Positions 49,823-58,379 of a DNA stretch of 64,000 nt are shown here, piece by piece. The stretch comes from Minisyncoccota bacterium (GTDB taxonomy: Bacteria; Patescibacteriota; Minisyncoccia; Phycocordibacterales; UBA918): the NCBI GenBank assembly GCA_021129515.1, contig JAJOLD010000001.1, forward strand, positions 164,850 through 228,849, written 5' to 3'. Numbering within the stretch: the stretch's first letter is position 1; each line of letters begins with the position of its first letter. The translations under genes were made by a program, and so were the position numbers. The notes under the pieces are model-generated. The model saw only the letters and a program-made list of their open reading frames with translations. It was not told where the DNA came from and ran no database searches.

Positions 49823-50719
49823 ATGAAACCAAAAGTTATTGTTATTGTGGGACCAACCGCCTCGGGAAAGACCATGCTCTCTATTGAAATCGCTACATTA
49901 TGTGATGGTGAGGTAGTGTCTGCTGACTCGCGGCAAGTGTACCGAGGACTCGATATAGGTACCGGCAAAGTCACCCCTGAGGAGATGAACGGCATCCCCC
50001 ATCATCTGCTCGATGTCGCTGACCCTATGGATGTATACACCGCAGCAGACTTTGCGCGCGACGGACAAGCAGCAATCAATGGGATTCTAGAGCAAAATCA
50101 TCTTCCTATTATTGCCGGCGGCACCTTTTTCTATGTGGATGCACTCTTGGGTACCGTCGCCGTTCCTGAAGTACCGCCTAACCCTGCCTTGCGTGCATCT
50201 CTTGAAAAGCGAACGGCAGAAGCATTATTTGCAGAACTACAAGAAAAAGATGCTGCGCGGGCAGAAACTATAGATCCACACAACAAAGTGCGGCTCGTGC
50301 GTGCACTCGAACTTATCGATGCACTTGGCAGTGTGCCAACACCAACTTCTGAACCGCTCTATGATGCGCTGTTTCTTGGTATTGAAATTACTGAAGCGCA
50401 ACTCCATCACAATATATACAAACGCATCATCGACCGCCTTGACCACGGCATGATAGAAGAGGTAGTGCAGCTGCATGCAAACGGCATGACCTACGAGCGC
50501 ATGGAGGAGCTCGGGCTCGAGTATCGATACATCTCCCGCCACCTCAAAGGTGAGCTCACGAAGGAAGCAATGATTGACGAACTCAATACCAAAACCCGCC
50601 AATTTGCAAAACGCCAACTAACCTGGCTGAAGCGATACACAGCGGTGCAATGGGTCGCACCTGACGCAGTTACAGAAGCACGTGCGCTCGTGCACCACCA
50701 TACACAGACGCATTCCTAA
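49823..50719 (+). CDS. miaA: tRNA dimethylallyltransferase
   Basis: P-loop VGPTASGKT; DSRQVY motif. Confidence 0.9.
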   Translation: MKPKVIVIVGPTASGKTMLSIEIATLCDGEVVSADSRQVYRGLDIGTGKVTPEEMNGIPHHLLDVADPMDVYTAADFARDGQAAINGILEQNHLPIIAGGTFFYVDALLGTVAVPEVPPNPALRASLEKRTAEALFAELQEKDAARAETIDPHNKVRLVRALELIDALGSVPTPTSEPLYDALFLGIEITEAQLHHNIYKRIIDRLDHGMIEEVVQLHANGMTYERMEELGLEYRYISRHLKGELTKEAMIDELNTKTRQFAKRQLTWLKRYTAVQWVAPDAVTEARALVHHHTQTHS

Positions 50720-50800
50720 GCATCAGTCTCAAGTCATATCCCCATAGACATATATTTTGCACACAGACTATACACCTACATACGGTATCATGGTCATATT

Positions 50801-52150
50801 ATGCAGCGTGTCGATTTTGCATACCCTCTGGTACACAAGTACGCACTACAATTAATTATTATGGTGGGATTGCTGCTTTCGTATAGCACAACCGCACATG
50901 CCGCACCCTGTCATACCTATACGTATGCAAACACACCACAGAGCACACTTGGTGCACCCTATGACGTGTTTGATAGTGCGCACCGCACACTCGTGCGTGT
51001 AGACTGCTCCGACAACACCATCCAACTCACCTTAGGAAACACCGGGCGCAAACACCTCATACACACAACTGGGTATATAGAGTTCTCGCCAGGCGTGTTT
51101 ACCCCTTTTTCCATTACTCCCGCTACTGCTGCCGTTACCCTTGATGCTTCATGGATAGTTGCGCACGCAGCGCAAGGCACAATCACGGTACCGCCCACCG
51201 CATATGGCACCACTGCGTATATCTATACATACCTCTGCCAAGTACGCAGCGGTGCTGAGGGCAAGAGCCTCAAGTGTGGATGTAATGCTACCTCGCAACA
51301 TTCGTGTACACAAACACACGGCACGTATGCAGGAAGCTGGACACTGCAAAAAGTAACCATTCCAACACCAACCACATCCACACACAATACCGAAAAAGGA
51401 TTCCGTATTCTTATCGGCACTAACCAGCTCTATCCAGAAGAAGCAGCGCAAGCACATCGCTTTGCAGCAGATGGTGCGTGGGTACTACATCGTAATAGTC
51501 CTCCAGGAATTAATTGGAAGCAAACACTCAAAACACTCAATGCAGATACCTGGACCGTTTCTGAAAACAATCCCGGAGGGACTGGCGGTGTGACAAACTT
51601 CACCGTTGCACATACCGGAAAAATGGTTGATGCTGCCATGTTTTATGAGGAGATACCCATGAAGACAATACTTCCTGATACCCTGATTGATCATTTTGCC
51701 GCACATACCGTGGCAGGATATGGCAGCATCGGAAAACGTATGGTGGTACTCACTCGTAGCTTTGGAGTCAGTGACCCCCGCCGTGCAGAGCTCATACATG
51801 CACTCTCACACCCAATGGTTGTGGGTGCAACCTTCGAGTTTAACCCGAGCATACTGAATCCTGCATGGAAGATACCCGAAGGCTGTGCTTATGTGCTCAG
51901 TCTTGGCAAGCAGTGTTACCTCCTTATGCCACCAATACGAGATGGCAATACCGATTTCCTCAGTAGCATACAACAGGCACTCAAAAAGTTTGAGCCAAGT
52001 GGTGTCCTCCGCAATCCCAACACCTATCTCATTCCCGCGGTCTATGCACGCCCCAATAATCAACACTTCCTCAGCACCAGCCCATCCGATAGAAATAGTA
52101 TTGAAGCAATTGTGACATGGCTCAAAGCATATCGAAGAGAATTCCAATAA
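50801..52150 (+). CDS. secreted hypothetical protein
   Basis: N-terminal signal peptide ...STTAHAAP; 449 aa no motif. Confidence 0.5.
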   Translation: MQRVDFAYPLVHKYALQLIIMVGLLLSYSTTAHAAPCHTYTYANTPQSTLGAPYDVFDSAHRTLVRVDCSDNTIQLTLGNTGRKHLIHTTGYIEFSPGVFTPFSITPATAAVTLDASWIVAHAAQGTITVPPTAYGTTAYIYTYLCQVRSGAEGKSLKCGCNATSQHSCTQTHGTYAGSWTLQKVTIPTPTTSTHNTEKGFRILIGTNQLYPEEAAQAHRFAADGAWVLHRNSPPGINWKQTLKTLNADTWTVSENNPGGTGGVTNFTVAHTGKMVDAAMFYEEIPMKTILPDTLIDHFAAHTVAGYGSIGKRMVVLTRSFGVSDPRRAELIHALSHPMVVGATFEFNPSILNPAWKIPEGCAYVLSLGKQCYLLMPPIRDGNTDFLSSIQQALKKFEPSGVLRNPNTYLIPAVYARPNNQHFLSTSPSDRNSIEAIVTWLKAYRREFQ

Positions 52151-52215
52151 CAATCATATACAGGAATCCGTTTGACCTTCTTCTCAGTTTGCCCTACCAT
52201 ATGGGGCATTGATTA

Positions 52216-52287
52216 GGGTCTATAGTTTAATTGGTAAAACAGCGGTCTCCAAAACCGCCGTTCTCAGTTCAAGTCTGAGTGGACCCG
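52216..52287 (+). tRNA. tRNA-Trp (anticodon CCA)
   Basis: manual fold; anticodon loop CUCCAAA. Confidence 0.9.
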
Positions 52288-52312
52288 CAGTGATTCAACA
52301 TTCTGTAATAGT

Positions 52313-52397
52313 CTTCTTACAGAAGCAGTATACCTTTTGGACATTCTTCATAATATCTCAAAAGGTCTTGCAAAAGTGCTTTGGCACTTTCTCACCC
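52313..52397. repeat. mosaic repeat piece (cttcttacagaagcagtatacc...ggtcttgcaaaagtgc), homologous to 54782-54850
   Basis: direct comparison. Confidence 0.55.
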
Positions 52398-52408
52398 AGA
52401 CTGTTTAA

Positions 52409-52449
52409 GTCCAAAACCAGCGGCCGTGGTTCGAGTCCACGTGGGCCCG
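52409..52449 (+). pseudogene. diverged tRNA 3' half (anticodon CCA onward: gtccaaaacc...cgtggttcgagtccacgtgggcccg)
   Basis: same layout as tRNA-Trp 3' half but different T-arm/acceptor sequence. Confidence 0.5.
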
Positions 52450-52456
52450 CTATCAG

Positions 52457-52489
52457 AAAATACCCAGCTTTTGCTGGGTATTTTCTTTT
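52457..52489 (+). terminator. rho-independent terminator aaaatacccagc-tttt-gctgggtatttt + cttttac
   Basis: perfect stem + T tract. Confidence 0.65.
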
Positions 52490-52693
52490 ACCCGAAGTTA
52501 AGTTTCAGAACTTTTTATTGTATTTTTTATTTTTTTATTGCATAGTTGAAATCAACCTGGGTACAAGTATGTGTTTGGAGTACTCCTGCTCATTACTCTA
52601 CTTTTCGTCAAGTTCAAGTGACGGTAACAAACCGCTTTCCCTTTCTGGGTGAGCGGTGTTTTTATACAACCAACTCCTGCAATATTTGAATGT

Positions 52694-52844
52694 TTGATTT
52701 GATATACTCCCTTTCTTTATACAGTTCTGAAAGCCACGTTTCTTGCCCGAAAAGAATTTGTATATTTTTGCTATACCTACATGCAAAAATACAAATTCTC
52801 GGGCAGGTAATTCTTATGAATGTAATGAATTAGAATTGGACGCC
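52694..52844. repeat. mosaic repeat copy B (R1 piece + cctacatgcaaaaataca...cgggcaggtaa...ttggacgcc)
   Basis: aligned to copies at 10124, 53669, 54782. Confidence 0.6.
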
Positions 52845-53127
52845 GAGTCCTCACGAACAAATCCTTTACCAAGAATCTTGCGCCGCCCGAGCAAACTGCT
52901 TTGCTTTTACTCGAGCGGGAGCCGCAGACAGATTTCTGGCTTCTGACATAGAGCCAGAAACAGTCGAGACGGGGTCGAGAGTACTTAGTGCTCACAACTA
53001 GCGAAGCGAATGAAAACACTTAGTCACTCGTGACCGCAATGAAATATTTAATAGTTACTGGTTATTTTTATGTACCCTACGTTTAAGTTCAGAACCTTCA
53101 TCAGCACTGTAGAGTTACAAAACCTAT

Positions 53128-53635
53128 ATGCAAATCATTTTATTTAGAGGGCGACCTGGTGTTGGAAAAACAACACCAACTAACGCATTTATAAAAAAGC
53201 ACCCTTACTTTCTCATTCGTAAGGACGACTTGTATGACGTAGCATCAGAGGTGCTCACTGAGCATCATGCCAGAAACAAAATCGCCTATGATGGCCTTTA
53301 TACACTGTTAGCAAGTAATGTGATGTACTCTAAGAGTGATTTTAGATTATCCGTTCCAGCACGATGGAGACATACACATCATGAGAAACTGGTGTCATCA
53401 AAACAATGTTGTTTTTAAATCAATTTTGGTGACCTGCTCTGACACACACGTTTGGTCAGAACGGCTAGCTGCCAGGTCTACAAACCCCAAACCAAATCAG
53501 TTGGTAACTGACTATGATGCATTTGAAAAAATGTACGGCACGATGCAGCTTGAAGCAGACACTGGTGAACTGGTTGTCGACAGCATACACCCAATTGAAA
53601 CAATCATACAGCAGGTTCGTAGTTTTGTGGCATAA
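53128..53635 (+). pseudogene. P-loop NTPase/kinase (AAA_33-like) split by a frameshift near 53340-53420
   Basis: Walker A GRPGVGKTT in ORF 53128-53418; continuation in ORF 53336-53635. Confidence 0.45.
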
Positions 53636-53668
53636 GCATCAATCGATACAAACTGTAGTGAGACCTGA

Positions 53669-53745
53669 ACGCTGGATTTGATACACTCCCGCTCCTCATG
53701 CAATTCTGAAAGCCACATTTTTTGCTCGAGAGTTGAAAATATGAA
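53669..53745. repeat. mosaic repeat piece R2 (ctggatttgatacactccc...ttctgaaagccac)
   Basis: ~60-nt similarity to 52694-52760; begins with inverted tRNA-Tyr T-arm-like ctggatttga. Confidence 0.55.
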
Positions 53746-53764
53746 GTTGCTGAGACATTCCCTA

Positions 53765-54139
53765 TTAACACTTCAATGTATTCCACCCACCCGTCTGTAA
53801 GAAGGATTGGTCAACAAGCATAGAGAGGATAGTGTCAATAATAAGCCATGCAGCAAGCATAATGATGAACCCTATCAGCACATTTGAAAAAATACCCTTC
53901 CCTTTCTGTATTTGGCTCATATTACCAGCAGCCGTAATCATCAAAAAACCTGCCCATGCAAATGCGATGCCAGCAAGTACTGTCGAGAATTTAATAATGA
54001 AGGTCAACATACGGTCAACCAATTCAAGCAGGTGACAAAAGTTACAATTTACTCCATTACACGGTACTAATTGTGCAAATGCCAAAGTAGGCACCAAGTA
54101 CCCTACCACCATTAAGATTGTCAACATGTAGAATCTCAT
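53765..54139 (-). CDS. VirB2/TrbC-like pilin candidate
   Basis: signal peptide, Cys-rich VPCNGVNCNFC, two hydrophobic helices, ~120 aa. Confidence 0.3.
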   Translation of the reverse strand: MRFYMLTILMVVGYLVPTLAFAQLVPCNGVNCNFCHLLELVDRMLTFIIKFSTVLAGIAFAWAGFLMITAAGNMSQIQKGKGIFSNVLIGFIIMLAAWLIIDTILSMLVDQSFLQTGGWNTLKC

Positions 54140-54248
54140 GCCTCAATAGTAGCACACCTTTTCTATCCACTTTCATACTTCAGTGAGTTATGGTACGGTA
54201 TACCCTGCGTTTTGTATTGCAATTTATGCAGAATACAGTTTCACACAT

Positions 54249-54594
54249 GCGTCGGTGGCAGAGTGAGAAAGCGTGGGACGCTTTCGCAAGACCTTGCCCG
54301 ATATTTTTTGAGGCGAATGCCGACAGTAAAATATCGACAAGGTGTACAGCGTCTGTAAGACGGAAAGGATGTCGGGACACTCTTCTAAGAAAAAGCGTTC
54401 TAACAAAAGAATAATTATGCGTCGGTGGCAGAGTGGATGAGAAGTGAACTACTTCACTTCTCATCTGGTCTTCGAGCGAATGCGAGAAGATTGGTCGTTA
54501 TGAGTATTTGCGCAGCTTATACGAATAGACCAAAGGAGGAAACGCGGTCGAACGCCCGCCAGAGAAAATGCGTTCTTACTAAAATCGGATACTT
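54249..54594 (+). repeat. two tandem ~170-176-bp units each containing leader + tRNA-Tyr 5' 17-18 nt + perfect hairpin (54267-54284; 54437-54464)
   Basis: GCGTCGGTGGCAGAGTG at 54249 and 54419 equals tRNA-Tyr 5' end; upstream leaders also similar. Confidence 0.7.
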
Positions 54595-54678
54595 GCGTCG
54601 GTGGCAGAGTGGTCAATTGCATCAGACTGTAAATCTGACGGGCTTCGCCCTACGCTGGTTCAAATCCAGCCCGGCGCA
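54595..54678 (+). tRNA. tRNA-Tyr (anticodon GUA), long variable arm
   Basis: manual fold; anticodon loop CUGUAAA; T-arm GCTGG-TTCAAAT-CCAGC. Confidence 0.9.
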
Positions 54679-54680
54679 CA

Positions 54681-54712
54681 AATAAAAACACCCCGGATGG
54701 GGTGTTTTTATT
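54681..54712 (+). terminator. rho-independent terminator aaaacaccccggatggggtgttttt
   Basis: perfect stem + T tract. Confidence 0.65.
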
Positions 54713-54759
54713 TGTGCGCCGGGAGCACGTGACCTGCGTCACGTGCGGCTGGATTTGAA
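54711..54759 (-). pseudogene. inverted copy of tRNA-Tyr 3' end interrupted by 23-nt palindromic hairpin (agcacgtgacctgcgtcacgtgc)
   Basis: tttgtgcgccggg[...]ggctggatttgaa is the reverse complement of ttcaaatccagcccggcgcacaaa. Confidence 0.6.
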
Positions 54760-54781
54760 AGGAATTCATATATTTTTCCTA

Positions 54782-54915
54782 CTTCTTATAGAAGCAGTAC
54801 ACCTTTGTAAACAAAGGTCTTGCGAAAGTCTCCAAGACTTTTTCACCTACATGGAAAAATATGAATTCCCGGGCAGGTAACTCTTGAGAGCGTAAGCGAA
54901 CTAGAGTTGGACGCC
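54782..54915. repeat. mosaic repeat copy C (complete version)
   Basis: cttcttatagaagcag...cctacatggaaaaatatgaattcccgggcaggtaactc...ttggacgcc. Confidence 0.6.
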
Positions 54916-55036
54916 AAATTCAGTCCCTATACTCACTCCCCTATCTAGCTGACAAACTCCAAAATCAGTCCTGCGTTTTTCAAAACAATGTAATAAAGAA
55001 ACCGCCCGACAGCGCAGGCGGCTCTCGGGCGTCATT

Positions 55037-55360
55037 TTAGTTTTCTCCTTGTTTCATGAGAACAGTAACTGCTTCGTATGCTTTTGGACACTCGTCGCGC
55101 ACCACAGATAGAAATACCTCAATCAGCAGATCTAGATTGCGTGCCATACCAGCTGCAACTCTTGGAGATATGCAGTGGGAGTAGTCGTCAAACAAGGACC
55201 ACGACACATCTTCCCAGGGTATTTGCTTGTCCGCCTCTTCGAGAGCAGCCGCATAGACATCAAAATGCGTTCGGTGGTCAGCTTTGATAAGAGGAGAGAT
55301 GGTTCCCAAAGGGCGATTTCTCCGTTGAAACCAACGTCGATATCCCAACCTTGCCTGCAA
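55037..55360 (-). CDS. hypothetical protein
   Basis: 107 aa ORF; hairpin + T tract downstream in minus sense. Confidence 0.3.
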   Translation of the reverse strand: MQARLGYRRWFQRRNRPLGTISPLIKADHRTHFDVYAAALEEADKQIPWEDVSWSLFDDYSHCISPRVAAGMARNLDLLIEVFLSVVRDECPKAYEAVTVLMKQGEN

Positions 55361-55773
55361 CTAAGATCTACACGCCGTACGGTAAGCCGGATTCCCCAAG
55401 CACTAACGCCCTTGTCCTTGAGTGTATCCTCGAACAACCACGCTTTGATGGTAAGCAAATTAGGGGCTTCTTGGCACCGCAAATCATCGCAACCGGACTC
55501 TCACTCAAAGAGCTATGGCAAAACCGACACAGTGATGATATCGATTTCCGCACCCACATCGTGAGAAATACGTTACTCTGGTGCGCTGCGATACTCTAGT
55601 TCTGGGGATTTTGGCTTGTCATATTCCCTTCCATTTCATACTTCATGTATAACTTTCTCATATAGCAGTTGATGTCTTTCATTAGCTGCTATTCTTATTG
55701 AAACACGCTACAATACTGACCCTATACCAAAGGGTTGTAGAGCATGTGTGTAGAGGGAGTCTCTGACCACACC

Positions 55774-55817
55774 TAAATTATCCGACTAATTAAGTACTTA
55801 ATTAGTCGGATAATTTA
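55774..55817. promoter_or_regulatory. 44-bp perfect palindrome taaattatccgactaattaagt|acttaattagtcggataattta
   Basis: 22-bp arms, no spacer; 58 nt upstream of metalloprotease gene. Confidence 0.5.
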
Positions 55818-55874
55818 AGTCTTGTAGGATTTTGAAATAATGCACACTCACAAACAGTACTATATACTGTACCC

Positions 55875-56786
55875 ATGCATGGTATGAACACCAACATAAT
55901 CACACGATTTGTCACTCCGCTCTTTCTAGCGCTGGCGTTCTTATTGCCACACGCTTCTTTTGCATACACTCCGTATGAGACACAGTATCGAGCACAGCTG
56001 ATAGCAACCATACAACTCCTCCAACAACAGATTCAGGCACTTCAAGCCATCGTTGATGCACGCAATGAAGTAGCGCCTGCAACCAGCCGAAGTCATGTTG
56101 GACGGAGTACTGATCGAGTTGCTGATGTTGATTTTTATGATGGAGACTACCGCGCAATTTACAAAGTCCAGTCCTATAGCGATATTGACCTCATACATGG
56201 ACGTACAGGCTCATATGATGACATCATGTGGGATCGCTTGGTTGCTATTGCAAGTGCAGACTTCATTGAAGACTATGTGCGTGAATTTAGAACATACAAT
56301 GATGCTGATGCACCGCATGATGCGTTTGTATATCGATATAATACCGAAGCATGGGTGTTTGCTATAAATCTTCATATCATCACACCGATGCAGACACACA
56401 CCGACTATGAACGACTTCGTGACTTATTACTCCATGAATTTGCCCATATTTTGTTTACCGAAGAGTATCAATGGGCTGAAGAACAGTTTGCTGACATTTT
56501 TTGGGACGCAGGCGACTATCGACATGCAAAAAAGGTAGCTGCAGAAACGGACAATGACGAGCGATGGGATAGACTCGACAACTACTATAAAAAAAATGAG
56601 GACGAATTTGTATCTGCTTATGCTACCTCTAACTATCACGAGGATGTGGCAGAAACGTTTGTACACTTTGTGCTCAGAAATAGACCACAGAGCGATGACC
56701 GTATAGAAGAAAAAATAGACTTCATGTATGACATTGATGGACTCCGTGAGTTACGCAAGGACATACGAGATGATTTGGATATATAG
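55875..56786 (+). CDS. secreted putative zinc metallopeptidase (HExxH)
   Basis: signal peptide; HEFAHILF; downstream NYHEDVAETF. Confidence 0.5.
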   Translation: MHGMNTNIITRFVTPLFLALAFLLPHASFAYTPYETQYRAQLIATIQLLQQQIQALQAIVDARNEVAPATSRSHVGRSTDRVADVDFYDGDYRAIYKVQSYSDIDLIHGRTGSYDDIMWDRLVAIASADFIEDYVREFRTYNDADAPHDAFVYRYNTEAWVFAINLHIITPMQTHTDYERLRDLLLHEFAHILFTEEYQWAEEQFADIFWDAGDYRHAKKVAAETDNDERWDRLDNYYKKNEDEFVSAYATSNYHEDVAETFVHFVLRNRPQSDDRIEEKIDFMYDIDGLRELRKDIRDDLDI

Positions 56787-56828
56787 CTGCACCCGTATTC
56801 TGTTTAAGGCATAGTACGTCTATAGATT

Positions 56829-57302
56829 TTGCTCTTTTGGAGGAGATATACAATGGCTAAAAGCACACGTTCCCGAGTTGTACTCGTAACCCGATGCTTC
56901 GTTGTAAGGAAAAAGAAAATCCTCGTAATGCAGAGGGCGAAAAATGACACATATCTTCCTGGAAAGTCGGAGTGTCCGGGTGGAAAACTGGACCCTGAGC
57001 AAACGCTCACTAATGCATTCGTGAGAGAGATGTTGGAAGAGACGGGACTGTACGTCAATCTGGTCACGTCTCACACACTCATTCATGATGAGATTGTTAC
57101 AAAAGGAAAACATAAGCGTTTAGCATACCTGGTCTTTTTCAGTGTTGGTGTTATACAGGCTGGAACATTACATCGAAACGACGAACATGATGCCGCAAAA
57201 TTCGTGAATTATAACAAACTCTTAAAGCTAGACTTAACATATGAGTCTGAATTAGCAGCAACATTGCTCAAAAAACAAATTTGCGACACGATGCGCTCGT
57301 AA
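56829..57302 (+). CDS. NUDIX hydrolase
   Basis: Nudix box GGKLDPEQTLTNAFVREMLEETGL. Confidence 0.75.
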   Translation: MLFWRRYTMAKSTRSRVVLVTRCFVVRKKKILVMQRAKNDTYLPGKSECPGGKLDPEQTLTNAFVREMLEETGLYVNLVTSHTLIHDEIVTKGKHKRLAYLVFFSVGVIQAGTLHRNDEHDAAKFVNYNKLLKLDLTYESELAATLLKKQICDTMRS

Positions 57303-57326
57303 TTACAAACAAATTGGCTGCCCCCT

Positions 57327-58181
57327 GTGGGCAGTTTTTTTATTTGCTATACTCACTCCATGTCATCATTTCCGCCATATGCGACTATTGAAAAATATAT
57401 TGGGGAGACTCCTCTTGAGGCTTCTAAGCGGTTGCGTGAGAATTTGCACATCCCCAAAAACATACCGCTTGCGTACGCTGGCAGACTCGACCCGATGGCA
57501 TCGGGCACGCTTCTCATACTCATTGGTGACGAGTGCAAACGGCAAACCGAGTATCACTCGCTCGACAAGACCTATACATTTGAAATACTCTTTGGTGCGC
57601 AGTCAGATACTGGCGATGTTCTAGGATTAGTACAACCATGTAGTACTGACACTGGCATTGCTGCACATGCTTTGCAAAAAACACTTCGTACCCTATGCGG
57701 AAATATCGAACTCTCCTATCCACACTTTTCCTCAAAGACAGTGAACGGAAAACCCCTGCATACATGGACACTTGAAGGGAGACTCAGTGAAATCGATATC
57801 CCAACCAAGCAGTCGACGATATATGTACTAACACTTTTAGAACTTCGTACCGTTTCCGCAAAGGAGGTAGAAGCATATGTGATGGAGAAAATAGAGACAC
57901 CAACGACTGTAACTGCTGATTCGAAGAAACTTGGTGCGAACTTCAGACGCGATGACGTGCGCGCTTCTTGGAAGACCTTTTTTAAAACCGCTGAGCATAC
58001 TGAGTTTCAGATAGCGGGCATACGCTGTACTGCGTCATCGGGTACCTATATGCGCTCGCTTGCGGAAGAAATAGCGGAGCGGTTCGGAACCTGTGGGCTT
58101 GCATACAGCATCCACCGTACTACCATCGGTAGGTATCAAAAAATATTTGGGGATGTTGGGTTTTGGAGGAAGAAGTTCTAA
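57327..58181 (+). CDS. truB: tRNA pseudouridine(55) synthase TruB-like
   Basis: catalytic Asp motif AGRLDPMASG, 284 aa. Confidence 0.65.
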   Translation: MGSFFICYTHSMSSFPPYATIEKYIGETPLEASKRLRENLHIPKNIPLAYAGRLDPMASGTLLILIGDECKRQTEYHSLDKTYTFEILFGAQSDTGDVLGLVQPCSTDTGIAAHALQKTLRTLCGNIELSYPHFSSKTVNGKPLHTWTLEGRLSEIDIPTKQSTIYVLTLLELRTVSAKEVEAYVMEKIETPTTVTADSKKLGANFRRDDVRASWKTFFKTAEHTEFQIAGIRCTASSGTYMRSLAEEIAERFGTCGLAYSIHRTTIGRYQKIFGDVGFWRKKF

Positions 58182-58379
58182 ACTCAGCATACAACGGTCA
58201 TCGGGTGAGCTATGGTCGTACCGCAACCGATGACCTCACTGAAATCCTGAATCAGGTTCAGGATGACAACCACCCAAAACATGTTTCAAAAGTGTTCAGA
58301 TTCGCAGTGAGATATGCTGGGAGCACTGTTACACCTAAACAGCTCCTGTAAGGAGGCAAGCAAGTACTTCTTGAGTGCA

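Noticed and set aside
52209-52652. 147-aa plus-strand ORF
   Set aside because: Covers tRNA-Trp, the tRNA 3'-half fragment and a terminator; spurious.
54249-54678. CRISPR array interpretation of the regular ~170-176-bp spacing
   Set aside because: Units are ~170 nt, diverged, tRNA-derived and lack short identical direct repeats with unique spacers; no cas genes in window.
54180-54685. Small ORFs 54180-54464, 54190-54414 and 54425-54685
   Set aside because: All overlap the tandem tRNA-Tyr units or the tRNA itself; spurious.
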